From the NCBI RefSeq assembly GCF_000020025.1, contig NC_010628.1:8130001-8162000 (forward strand): a stretch of DNA of 32,000 bases. Direction: 5' to 3'. Below are positions 17,982 to 28,000 of the stretch, in pieces (position 1 is the first letter of the stretch; each line of letters starts with the position of its first letter). Origin of the DNA: Nostoc punctiforme PCC 73102 (lineage in GTDB: Bacteria > Cyanobacteriota > Cyanobacteriia > Cyanobacteriales > Nostocaceae). The translations under genes and the position numbers were made by a program. A model generated the notes under the pieces. It was not told the origin of the DNA. It searched no databases and saw only the letters and a program-made list of their open reading frames with translations.

Positions 17982-20324
17982 CTATGCAGCACTGATACTT
18001 AATTTTACCTGAACAATCATATCGTTGTAATCTTTGTCACCACCATTTGGTAGATCTTCAAAACCAAAGGTATTATTTCCCAACAGTCGAATGTGATCTA
18101 CCTTATCTGAGTTAGCACCCAAAAATGAGAAGTAAACCTTCTTATTGCCATTGCCATTAAGAATAGCATCGGGTTTACCATCCACAATAATAAATGGTGC
18201 AAACAAAGAATTCGGCCCGAAAGTGCCAGCGTAATTTGCAGTCCCTTGGTTGTCCACCGCCAAGTCAATACCTGCAACACGCTTACGTACAGCAGCTTCG
18301 GCATAACCAGCCTGCCCAACGAGAATATCTGCTTTACCATCACCATTGGTGTCAATACCACCATTTTCATCAGCCACCTGATAGAAGCCGACAAAGTTGT
18401 TGTAAGACGCTTCTCTATTGACTGCAAACTCAGCTGTTACTAATTGTGTCACATTTCGTAAATCAATCAATTCGCCTTGCTTTTTGCCTTGCAGACCAGT
18501 ACCTAAAGATACCTCTTGTTCTGTTGCCTGAACTGTCACAACCAAATCCTGGAAGTTGAGAGAAAACCCTTCCTCTTCTGTGTTGTTATTTGTAGCTGAG
18601 GAAAAAACGACACTTGAGAAAGAAGTTTTTCCAGAAAGTACAGCTTCAGTAGTACTATTGGATACCAGATAGAATCTGAGTTTCGTACCAGACTCGAATT
18701 CTAAAATATTTTTCAGATCCTCGTTCTTAAAACCCTTGGGCAGTTTAGCAATGGAGGAGAAAATCACCTTTGACCGCTCCAGAGCCACCCGAGTATAACC
18801 TTCTGCACCAGGGGCTATGCCTTTAATTCTACCTTCTTCGTCATCAACGGCAAATACACACAGTTCGTTCACCTCTTTAGCATTGTTGTTTTTAATCTTA
18901 AGAGAGAGCTTTCCTTTTTTACCCTTAACTTTACTGTTGACAATAAAGATATTCTGAGTAATATTGACAAGCTGAAAAATTGTTGTTATCTGGGTATTTG
19001 TAGTAGACCCAAAGCTATCAATATTAACATCTAATTCTTTCTCAAAAGAAAGTCCACCAAGGTCAGTAGTGCGAACGCGGATTTTATAACTAGATTTAGT
19101 CGCGTCAGATTTAATTTTTAAGCTATCTCCCTCGATTATGAATGCATTATTATCAGTATCACCAGTTCCTGCCACCAAACTATAGGTGTGTTCATCGTCT
19201 TGGTCTGGGTCAGTGGTGGTGAAGAGACCGATGATTGTCTTATCATCATCATCACTGGTAGCACTCAACATCAAGTCTGTGGGGTCAAAATTGGAATTAT
19301 TTAGTAGTAGCGAGACATTGTTGTCAGTGGAGTTAGCAACAACCAAATCTAGTTTACCGTCACCGTCAAAGTCTTCCACAGCAACGGAACGGGGACTTGT
19401 CCCAACTGCAAAGCTGGTGGATGCGCCAAAGCCACCACTGCCATCGTTCAGCAGTAACGAGACATTATTGTCATCGGAGTTAGCAACAACCAAATCTAGT
19501 TTACCGTCACCGTCAAAATCTGCTACAGCAACGGAACGGGGATTTGTTCCGACAGCAAAGCTGGTGGGTGCGCCAAAGCCACCACTGCCATCGTTCAGCA
19601 GTAACGAGACATTATTGTCATCGGAGTTAGCAACAACCAAATCTAGTTTACCGTCACCGTCAAAATCTGCTACAGCAACGGAACGGGGATTTGTTCCGAC
19701 AGCAAAGTTGGTGGGTGTGCCAAAGCCGCCACTGCCATCGTTCAGCAGCACCGAGACATTGTTGTCATCGGAGTTAGCAACAACCAAATCCAGTTTACCG
19801 TCACCGTCAAAATCTGCCACAGCAACGGCATTAGGATTTGTCCCGACAGCAAAGTTGGTGAGTGTGCCAAAGCCACCACTGCCATCGTTCAGCAGTACTG
19901 AGATATTGTTGTCATCAGAGTTAGCAACAACTAAATCCAGTTTACCGTCACCGTCAAAGTCTTCCACAACAACGGCATTAGGATTTGTCCCGACAGCAAA
20001 GTTTGTGGGAGTGCCAAAGCCGCCACTGCCATTGTTCAGCAGTACTGAGACATTGTTGTCAATGGAGTTCGTTACCACAAAGTCTAGTTTGCTGTTACCG
20101 TCAAAGTCGGCTACAGCAACGAAACTAGGACTCATACCGACTGTATAGTTGGTGGGAGCGCCAAAGCCGCCACTGCCATCGTTCAACAGCACCGAGACAT
20201 TGTTGTCATCAGAGTTAGCAATTACCAAGTCTTTTTTCCCGTCACCGTCAATATCTGCTGTAGTAACGGAATTGGGATTTGTCCCAGCTAGGAAGTTAGT
20301 TGCATTTACAAATGATACGCTCAT
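17982..20324 (-). CDS. seven-blade FG-GAP/VCBS beta-propeller + cadherin-like domain + DUF4114-type C-terminal region; no recognisable signal peptide
   Basis: Seven 49-aa repeats of the form FAVGTNPxSVAVADFDGDGKLDLVVANSDDNNVSVLLNDGSGGFGxPTN. The cadherin-like motif is TDPDQDDEHTYSLVAGTGDTDNNAFIIEG. The C-terminal DUF4114 hallmark is VDHIRLLGNNTFGFEDLPNGGDKDYNDMIV. The ATG at 20324 (MSVSFVNATNF) is preferred, and the ORF-track start at 20399 is a TTG. Confidence 0.85.
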   Translation of the reverse strand: MSVSFVNATNFLAGTNPNSVTTADIDGDGKKDLVIANSDDNNVSVLLNDGSGGFGAPTNYTVGMSPSFVAVADFDGNSKLDFVVTNSIDNNVSVLLNNGSGGFGTPTNFAVGTNPNAVVVEDFDGDGKLDLVVANSDDNNISVLLNDGSGGFGTLTNFAVGTNPNAVAVADFDGDGKLDLVVANSDDNNVSVLLNDGSGGFGTPTNFAVGTNPRSVAVADFDGDGKLDLVVANSDDNNVSLLLNDGSGGFGAPTSFAVGTNPRSVAVADFDGDGKLDLVVANSDDNNVSLLLNDGSGGFGASTSFAVGTSPRSVAVEDFDGDGKLDLVVANSTDNNVSLLLNNSNFDPTDLMLSATSDDDDKTIIGLFTTTDPDQDDEHTYSLVAGTGDTDNNAFIIEGDSLKIKSDATKSSYKIRVRTTDLGGLSFEKELDVNIDSFGSTTNTQITTIFQLVNITQNIFIVNSKVKGKKGKLSLKIKNNNAKEVNELCVFAVDDEEGRIKGIAPGAEGYTRVALERSKVIFSSIAKLPKGFKNEDLKNILEFESGTKLRFYLVSNSTTEAVLSGKTSFSSVVFSSATNNNTEEEGFSLNFQDLVVTVQATEQEVSLGTGLQGKKQGELIDLRNVTQLVTAEFAVNREASYNNFVGFYQVADENGGIDTNGDGKADILVGQAGYAEAAVRKRVAGIDLAVDNQGTANYAGTFGPNSLFAPFIIVDGKPDAILNGNGNKKVYFSFLGANSDKVDHIRLLGNNTFGFEDLPNGGDKDYNDMIVQVKLSISAA
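19274..20294. repeat. seven tandem 147-bp coding repeats (the FG-GAP blades)
   Basis: The period was verified: the unit starting CCATCGTTCAGCAGTAACGAGAC at 19441 recurs at 19588. Those two units differ at 3 of 147 positions by my reading. Confidence 0.9.
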
Positions 20325-20519
20325 AATTGCTTTTATTAATAGTGTTTTAGCTTCCTTACTCCTATTTCTGCTAGTAAAGCTAATATTTTTTGTTAGCAAG
20401 ATAGGAATGTACCATACAGCTTATTGTGTAAATCGGGTTAGAAACATCAGTAAATACACTAAGAAATATCCAGTTTAGGACTTATCTAAAGGCTTTATTA
20501 GCGATCGCATCTACACATA

Positions 20520-20541
20520 TATATAGTTGATATATAGTTGA
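20520..20541. promoter_or_regulatory. tandem 11-bp direct repeat TATATAGTTGA x2 upstream of the FG-GAP gene
   Basis: Read directly. One-helical-turn spacing in the promoter zone, between the upstream terminator and the CDS start. The regulatory role is speculative. Confidence 0.25.
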
Positions 20542-20549
20542 AGTTATTA

Positions 20550-20590
20550 ACCGCAAATAAAACCTCATCCCGCAAGCGAGATGAGGTTGG
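20550..20590 (-). terminator. intrinsic terminator downstream of the terminal NRPS gene
   Basis: Stem AACCTCATC / GATGAGGTT (20561-20569 / 20580-20588). On the minus strand it is followed by TTTTATTTG. Confidence 0.6.
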
Positions 20591-20737
20591 AAAGGTATCA
20601 CTAAAACAGAATTTAGAAATAACTTTGATCGTCTACTGAAATTCGGGAAATCAGAAGCAAAACAGGCTTTATATGTGGCTTAGAGACTTAAGTTTTGTAC
20701 CTCACTGAATGACATATTCCTATTAATCTAGAAATAT

Positions 20738-23700
20738 TCAGGTTTCTGCAATAATTTGATCTATGCAAGCCTTCATTTTTTCGGACACAGATTGTACATG
20801 GGGTTCTTTAAAAATGGAATTATGAATCCCAGAAATATCATAAATATCTACCCCCCCTAATGCCAATTTACCCCAACCCATTTTGGAATCAGCCTCTCGT
20901 TGTCCAACTACAAGACCATCTTCTGTTCGGAATACGGTTGCTCGACCTGAGTAAACTTGTAGAGCATATTTTCTTAGCGCTTGTATGGTAGCATGTTCCA
21001 CCATGTATTTCCGGTTGGAGTAAGGTAAGGGGCGACTGAGAATCAGGTGAAAGTGAAACACAAACCGCCAGACTATCTCTTTGATTTGATACTTAAATCG
21101 TTCTGCATTTCCTTTTACTTGCTCAATAAGATAGTTAGATGCAATTGCTAAAAGACTCTTCCAATCATGAGAGGCTGGCTTTTGCAATGATAGGGATTCA
21201 GTATTTTTTGAACCGTAGGTATCAAATAGAACTAATAAAGCTACTTCTTTACCTTGCATGACCAATTGCCGAGCCATCTCGTAAGCAATTATACCCCCAG
21301 AGGAGTATCCACCGATTAAATAAGGCTCACCGGGCTGAATAGTTTGGATTTGTTGAATGTAGTGCGCTGCCATGTCTTCAATTCGGGTATAAGGAAGCTG
21401 TTTTCCATCTAACCCTTGTGGTTGTAGTCCATAAAATGGTTGATCCGATCCTAAATGCACAGCCAATTGACGGAAACGTAGAACTTCTCCACCCAAACCA
21501 TGTACACAGAAGAAAGGAGGCTTAGAACCGTTGGGCTGAATAGCTACTAAAGATGACCAAGGAATTGATGTTTCAGACTTGACATCAGCTGTTGGTACTG
21601 CCGCAACCCCAGGTTTTGAGCATATTTCTCGCTCAACAATATTAGCTAACTGCTCAATAGTTGGGGCTTGCAAAAGTATAGATAGAGCTAGATTTTTACC
21701 CACTATCTTTTCAATCTGAGAAAACAGACGTACTGCCAGCAGTGAGTGTCCACCCAAATCAAAAAAGTTATCTGTTATTCCAATCGGATGAATTCCTAAA
21801 ACATTTTCCCAGATTTCTGTTAATTGAAGTTGTAATGGATTTTCTGCCGTAGCAAATATTTTTTCTCTTTCAGTATTAGTTGGATTAAGAGCAAGTAAGG
21901 CTTTACAATCAACTTGACCATTAGCATTCAACGGCAGAGAATCAATTATGACAAAGCTAGGCAACAAATGCTCAGGTAGCTTTTGCTGGAGAAAACTCAG
22001 TAGTTGCTCACTCCCAATCGTCTCGTTTTGTTTGGGGACAAGATAAGCAATTAAATGTTTATCCCCAGAAACATCTTCTTTGGCAATCACCGCAGCGTTC
22101 TGCACGCCTGGATAGTGAGCCAAAATTGTCTCAATTTGTGTCAAATCAATCCGAAAACCGCGAATTTTAGCCTGATTATCTCGGCGGCCAATAAACTCAA
22201 TATTGCCGTTACTTAAATAGCGTCCTAAGTCGCCACTTCTGTATAGGTATGACCCAGATTCGCTGCTAAAGGGATTGGGGATAAATTTCTCAGATGTTAA
22301 GTCGGGACGGTTAAAGTAGCCATGTGCAACACCGATACTGCTGATGTAAATTTCGCCAGTAACGCCAATTGGCAGGGGTTGCACTTGCCGATCGAGAATG
22401 TAGATTTGGGTATTGGCGATCGCTCTTCCTATAGGAATTTCTGGTCGTGTATTACTGGCTTCAGTAGCTGTTTCTGGATCGTAAACCGTGGCGGTTAAAG
22501 TTGTTTCTAACGCTCCATAAGCATTAAGCCAGCGTACTTGCTTACTAACTTTTTCTACCCAAGTTAAATAAGCATTGCGTGAGACTTTTTCACCACCAAC
22601 CATGACTAAGCGCAAGCTGGATGGCAAGGTTTCTAAAGACACAGATGGTTCTTTAACTAACTCATACCAAAAATAAGTAGGTATATTAACAACGGTAATC
22701 TTTTGTTGAGCAATGAATGGGAAAAATTGCGTCGTCGATTGTAGCTCTTGAGACTGGATAATTACGGTAGCACCAGTAATCCAACTGGGGAATAGTGATT
22801 CAATGAAAGTATCGCAACTCATACTAGGTATGAGTAGTAGGCAATCGCTCTGTGTCAATACCCAAGTATCACTAATTGCTAGGCTGTGGGTGACGAAATT
22901 ACGGTGGGTAATGGCTATACCGTTGGGCTTTCCATTGCCACCAGACACATACATCACACAGGCGAGAGTCCGATCTGTGATATGATTATTTGGATTTTTA
23001 GTTGCGTGTAGCGCGATCGCTTCATAATCACTATCCAAACAGATAACTTGTACCTGATGCTCAGAGAGTTTCTCAACCAATGAGCTTTGGGTTAACACTA
23101 AAGATATTTGGGCATCTTCTAAAATGAAAGCCAGACTATCTTGCCCAGATGTGGGAACTATGGGTACGTAAGTTCCTCCTGCTTTCAAAATACCCAACAG
23201 CCCCACCATCATCTCTAGGGAAGGCTCAACATTAAGACCGACAAGTACGCCCGATTTTACCCCTAGAGTTTGCAAATAGTGGGCTAGTTGATTTGCACGG
23301 TGATTGAGTTCCTGATAAGTTAGTTGCTGATTTTCAAAACTTACTGCAATATTATCTGGAGTTCGCTTGACTTGAGCCTCAAACCACTGATGAATACAAG
23401 TATTCTGTGGATAATCAGCCTGTTTGCCATGCCAATCAACCAATAATTGATGCTGTTCAGGTGCTGTCAACAGAGGTAATTCAGATATCGGCTGATCGGG
23501 ATTAGCAACAATACCTTCGAGTAAAGTTTTGAAGTGTCCCAACATTCGCTCTATAGTACTGGCATCAAACATCTCGGCATTGTAATCAAATACCATACCC
23601 AGACCATTATCCTGTTCCCGCAAGACCAATGTCAGATCGTATTTGGTTTTGCCATGATAGATGTAACCAAATAGAGAAGTAATAGTCAAATCAGGTAGTT

Positions 23701-25027
23701 GTAATGCTCCCATCCCACGACCATTTGACCAAGGAGGATTGAGGGAGAACTTTACTTGAAATAAAGGCGAACTGTTCCGACTCTGTTGTTCTGGTCTAAG
23801 TTCTTCAATTAGTCTCTCAAATGGTAGGTCTTGATGGGTATAAGCCTCTAAGCAATCCTTACGCACGCGGTCTAACAATTGTCGAAAAGTTGGATTTCCT
23901 GCTAAGTTACCCCGCATTACAAGAGTATTAGAGAAAAATCCAATCAGCCGCTCGGTTTCTACTTGTCCCCGACTTGCACTTGCAAAGCTAATCAGTAGGT
24001 CTTCTTGTCCAGAATAACGGTAGAGCAATAGCTCAAACACTGTTAGTAGAGTCATGAAGAGGGTAACACCCCATTTTTGACTCAGGTCTGTTAGGGCATG
24101 GTTCAGCGTCTTTGATAGCAGCAGGGCGGCGCGATCGCCTCGATATGTCTGCACACCGTGAGGACGGGGACGATCGTAAGGTAATTCAATAATGGGTAAA
24201 TTTCCTTCTAGCTTTTGCTTCCAGTAGTTTACCTGTGACTCTAAAACCTCTCCCTGGAGCCACTGATATTGCCAATTGGTAAAATCAGCGTACTGCACTG
24301 GTAAGGGAGTTAAAGGAGAAGCTTTTCCCGCCGACAATGCTTTATAAACGCTAGTAAAGTCTTGATAGAACAGATCGGAAGAAGCGCCATCACAAACTAT
24401 GCAGTGCATATTCCAAATTAGCAGATGCTCGCGATCGCAAAAGCGCAGCAACAACACCCGCAAAATCGGCCCATTGGCGAGATCAAAAGGTTGATGAGCT
24501 TCCTTAGTTGCCAGTAAGAGAGCTTCCGCTTCCCGTTTTTCATCTGGTACTTGCTGCAAGTCAATTATTGGCAGTGTCAAAGAAACATCGTCAGCAATTA
24601 CTTGAGAGGGCTTGCCATTCACGGCTGGAAAAGTTGTCCGCAAAACTTCATGGCGGCGGACGACTTCTCTCAAACTTTCCTCTAAGAAAGCAACATTGAG
24701 ATTCCCCGTAAAACGCACCACAACGGGCATATTATTTGAGGAACTATTAGGTTCAAACTGATGCAGGAACCAAATCCGTTGCTGACCAAAGGAAAGCGGC
24801 AAGTTGCCATTCCGTTCACAAACGACAATTGGGGGAATCTGTGAACTGGCAGCTGTAGTAACTTGTCGAAGAAACTTGATGATTTCGGCTTTTTGAGTTT
24901 TTAACTCAGTGAGCAATTCTGGTGTGAGACTGTCTTTTGCTGCCCGATAGCGTAAGCGGTCATCCTCTAGCCAAAGTTTGACATCGCGCTGACGTAGCTC
25001 TGATAGTAGTTCATCTAATGTTTTCAT
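20738..25027 (-). CDS. terminal NRPS module: TubC-like N-terminal docking domain, C, A, T, TE (C and A carry degenerate core motifs)
   Basis: Docking-like N-terminus LDELLSELRQRDVKLWLEDDRLRYRAAKDSLTPELLTELKTQKAEII. The C motif is MHCIVCDG. A motifs are LTYQELN, LKAGGTYVPIVP, YVSGGNGKPNG, NAYGALE, YRSGDL, GRRDNQAKIRGFRIDL and NANGQVD. The T motif is FFDLGGHSL. The TE motifs are GGYSSGG and a C-terminal GIHNSIF. Confidence 0.9.
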   Translation of the reverse strand: MKTLDELLSELRQRDVKLWLEDDRLRYRAAKDSLTPELLTELKTQKAEIIKFLRQVTTAASSQIPPIVVCERNGNLPLSFGQQRIWFLHQFEPNSSSNNMPVVVRFTGNLNVAFLEESLREVVRRHEVLRTTFPAVNGKPSQVIADDVSLTLPIIDLQQVPDEKREAEALLLATKEAHQPFDLANGPILRVLLLRFCDREHLLIWNMHCIVCDGASSDLFYQDFTSVYKALSAGKASPLTPLPVQYADFTNWQYQWLQGEVLESQVNYWKQKLEGNLPIIELPYDRPRPHGVQTYRGDRAALLLSKTLNHALTDLSQKWGVTLFMTLLTVFELLLYRYSGQEDLLISFASASRGQVETERLIGFFSNTLVMRGNLAGNPTFRQLLDRVRKDCLEAYTHQDLPFERLIEELRPEQQSRNSSPLFQVKFSLNPPWSNGRGMGALQLPDLTITSLFGYIYHGKTKYDLTLVLREQDNGLGMVFDYNAEMFDASTIERMLGHFKTLLEGIVANPDQPISELPLLTAPEQHQLLVDWHGKQADYPQNTCIHQWFEAQVKRTPDNIAVSFENQQLTYQELNHRANQLAHYLQTLGVKSGVLVGLNVEPSLEMMVGLLGILKAGGTYVPIVPTSGQDSLAFILEDAQISLVLTQSSLVEKLSEHQVQVICLDSDYEAIALHATKNPNNHITDRTLACVMYVSGGNGKPNGIAITHRNFVTHSLAISDTWVLTQSDCLLLIPSMSCDTFIESLFPSWITGATVIIQSQELQSTTQFFPFIAQQKITVVNIPTYFWYELVKEPSVSLETLPSSLRLVMVGGEKVSRNAYLTWVEKVSKQVRWLNAYGALETTLTATVYDPETATEASNTRPEIPIGRAIANTQIYILDRQVQPLPIGVTGEIYISSIGVAHGYFNRPDLTSEKFIPNPFSSESGSYLYRSGDLGRYLSNGNIEFIGRRDNQAKIRGFRIDLTQIETILAHYPGVQNAAVIAKEDVSGDKHLIAYLVPKQNETIGSEQLLSFLQQKLPEHLLPSFVIIDSLPLNANGQVDCKALLALNPTNTEREKIFATAENPLQLQLTEIWENVLGIHPIGITDNFFDLGGHSLLAVRLFSQIEKIVGKNLALSILLQAPTIEQLANIVEREICSKPGVAAVPTADVKSETSIPWSSLVAIQPNGSKPPFFCVHGLGGEVLRFRQLAVHLGSDQPFYGLQPQGLDGKQLPYTRIEDMAAHYIQQIQTIQPGEPYLIGGYSSGGIIAYEMARQLVMQGKEVALLVLFDTYGSKNTESLSLQKPASHDWKSLLAIASNYLIEQVKGNAERFKYQIKEIVWRFVFHFHLILSRPLPYSNRKYMVEHATIQALRKYALQVYSGRATVFRTEDGLVVGQREADSKMGWGKLALGGVDIYDISGIHNSIFKEPHVQSVSEKMKACIDQIIAET

Positions 25028-28000
25028 AGCTCGCCTTCCTCATAATCATCAGCTGTTTCACTATCAGCAGCCTGAACACCTTGGGTTGCCCAACGCAAAG
25101 TCTCAACTCGTTCAGCCAAATCTGCTACCGTTGGCAATTCAAATAAATTGGACATGAGAATTTCTACTTGCAAGGCTTGGCGCAGTCGAGAAACCACTTG
25201 AATTCCCAGTAGAGAATATCCACCCAATTCAAAAAAGTTGTCGTAAATCCCAACCTGCCTGACATTCAAAACCTGTGTCCAGATATCTGCAATCTGCTGC
25301 TCAATGGGAGTGCGAGGCGCTACATAATTTGCTTCCAATTCTGGACGCAAAGAATCAGGCTTAGGTAGTGCGCGACGATCGACTTTGCCGTTAGCATTTA
25401 GCGGCAACGCTTCCAGTGCCATAAAAATCTTTGGCACCATATACTCAGGAAGCTGCTGTTTCAAGAATCGCCGTAACTCGGAGATTATTTGTGGGCTATC
25501 TTGACCAGTTTCTGCCACAAAATAACCAACCAGAACTTTCTCACCAGGAGCATCTTCTCGAACAATCACAACAGCTTCTTTTACTGCCGGATATTGCAAA
25601 AGTGCGATTTCAATTTCACCCAATTCTATGCGGAAACCGCTCACTTTTACCTGATTGTCAATCCGACCCAGGTATTCAATTTTTCCATCTGGCAAATAGC
25701 GGGCTAAGTCTCCACTTTTATATAAGCGTGATTGACTATCTGGGCTAAAGGGATTGGCAATAAATCTTTCAGCAGTCAGATCCGGGCGATTGAAATATTC
25801 TCGTGCTAAACCATCACCACCAATATACAACTCACCTGTGATTCCAATCGGGACGGGTTGTAAATGGGAGTCTAAGATATAAACTTGAGTATTAGCAATG
25901 GGGCGACCAATAGGAATAGAAGCCCCTGGCTTTAGTGGTGCTTTAATGTCATAACAGCAGGTAAAAGTTGTGCTTTCTGTCGGCCCGTAACCATTAATCA
26001 GTCTACAGTTTTCTACTGTGTTGAGAAATTTCTGGACGTGGGTAACGGATAAAACATCACCACCTGCTAACAGTTGACGCAAGGGTTTTAAAGCATCAAT
26101 CTTTTCATCGACTATTAGATGGAATAAACCTGCTGTTAGCCACAGGGTTGTCACCTGATATTGCTGAATAAATTGCCCTAATTCGTCTAAAGATGGGGTA
26201 TGGGGAGGGAATATTATTAGTTTTCCGCCGTTAAGTAAACAACCCCAAATTTCAAAAGTTGAAGCGTCAAAGGAGATAGGACTAATTTGCAGAAATACTT
26301 CTTTGGTGGTGAGGCTTACATAGTCAGTTTCTTTGACTAATCTAACTACACCTTGATGAATAACACTAACACCCTTGGGCTGACCTGTAGAACCAGATGT
26401 GTACATTACATAAGCCAAGTTGTCAGTCTTGACATTACTAATTAAATTCTCTGGTGTTGTTTGGTTGATAGTATCCCAATCGGTATCTAGGCAAATTACC
26501 TTTGCTGTGTGAGTAGGTAGTTTGTCAATTAGCTGTTTTTGGGTCAAGAGTAATTTGATCTGGGTGTCTGAAAGCATGAAAGCCAAGCGTTCTTGCGGAT
26601 ACCCCGGATCTAGAGGGACATAAGCTCCACCTGCTTTTAGAATTCCTAAAACACCTACCACCATTTCTAAGGAGCGATCGACACAGATTCCGACAAGAAC
26701 ATCTGCACCTACTCCTAATGTTTGCAGGTATTGCGCTAATTGGTTGGCGCGAATATTTAACTCTCGATAAGTGAGTTGCTGTTCTTGAAATACCAACGCC
26801 ACTGCATCGGGGGTGCGTTCTACCTGCTCTTCAAATAACTGATGAATGCACTTATGTTGAGGATAATCTGTTTGAGTCTGGTTCCATGTTGCTAATAACT
26901 GTTGCTCAACTGCTGGCAAAATTGGCAATTTAGCAATACTTTGATTGGGGTTAGCAACTATACCCAATAACAAAGTTTCAAACTCTGTCATTCGGTGGCG
27001 AATAGTGTCAGCATCAAATAAATTAGTGTTGTACTGACATTCCAGGGTCATCTGACCATGTAATTCCGTAGCATTGATGAACAGTTCAAAATTCTCGAAG
27101 GAACGGGGGTTAGAGAAAAATTCTACTTCCAACCCAGTGAAGGGGAGTTTATCGCTATCTAAACCCTGATCGATATTAAAGGTAATGGGAACTAAGGGAA
27201 TACGGCTAGAATCCCGTGGCAAAACTAATTTTTTGACCAGACTACCAAAGGTAAATTGTTGATGATCGTAAGCATCTAACACAGCCGATCGCCGCGATCG
27301 CAAGTAGTCGCTGAAAGATTGTTCGCCATTAATCTGGCTACGCAAAGGCAGCAAATTTACGCAATGCCCTACGAGATTATATTGCCCCAAAGCAGCTTGT
27401 CCAGCGGCTGGAATTCCAACAACTAAGTCGTTTTGCCCTGTCAGGCGGTGTAGCCAAACTTCAAATCCTCCCAGGAGAGTGGTCATAAAGCTACAACCGA
27501 GTTTTGTCCCTAGTTGTTTGAGGTTGGCAACTAATTCGGGACTTAAATGCCAATCTTCGCGCGCGGCGTTAAAGGTTCTGAGTGGGGGACGGGGGCGATC
27601 GCTAGGGAAATCCAGTACAGGTAAAGAGTCAGCGAATTGTTCCAACCAATATTTTTCTGTGGCGATCGCTTCTGGACTATCCGCCTCTTCTTCCTGCAAA
27701 ATCGCATATTCACTTAAATTGTCTGGTTCTTCTAATTCAGGAACAATACCCTGTTGCAAGCCAGAATAAAGTTTACCCAAATCTGGCATCAGCACTGCCC
27801 AAGACCAACCATCACAAATAATATGATGTGCTGTCAAAGTAGCTAGATGCTCCTGCGCTTGCAATTTGACAATTTTTGCCCGAAATAGCGGCCCATGTTC
27901 CAAATCAAAAGGTTGTTCTACCTCTTGTCGCAAGATACTAGCTAATTTTTCCTGTTGTTCTTGTGGTTCTGAGCTGGAAAGATCAATAATAGGGATTTCA

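Noticed and set aside
19274-20294. Regular 147-bp periodic array considered as a possible CRISPR or satellite
   Set aside because: There is no repeat-spacer alternation. The whole unit is repeated and lies in one long open frame encoding canonical FG-GAP blades.
19186-20478. Long plus-strand ORFs (320 aa and 109 aa) antisense to the FG-GAP gene
   Set aside because: They are repeat shadows. Their periodic sequence (SSELATTKSSLPSPSKSATA..) mirrors the 147-bp coding repeats on the minus strand. The minus-strand frame carries clear FG-GAP/DUF4114 motifs, and the plus frames carry none.
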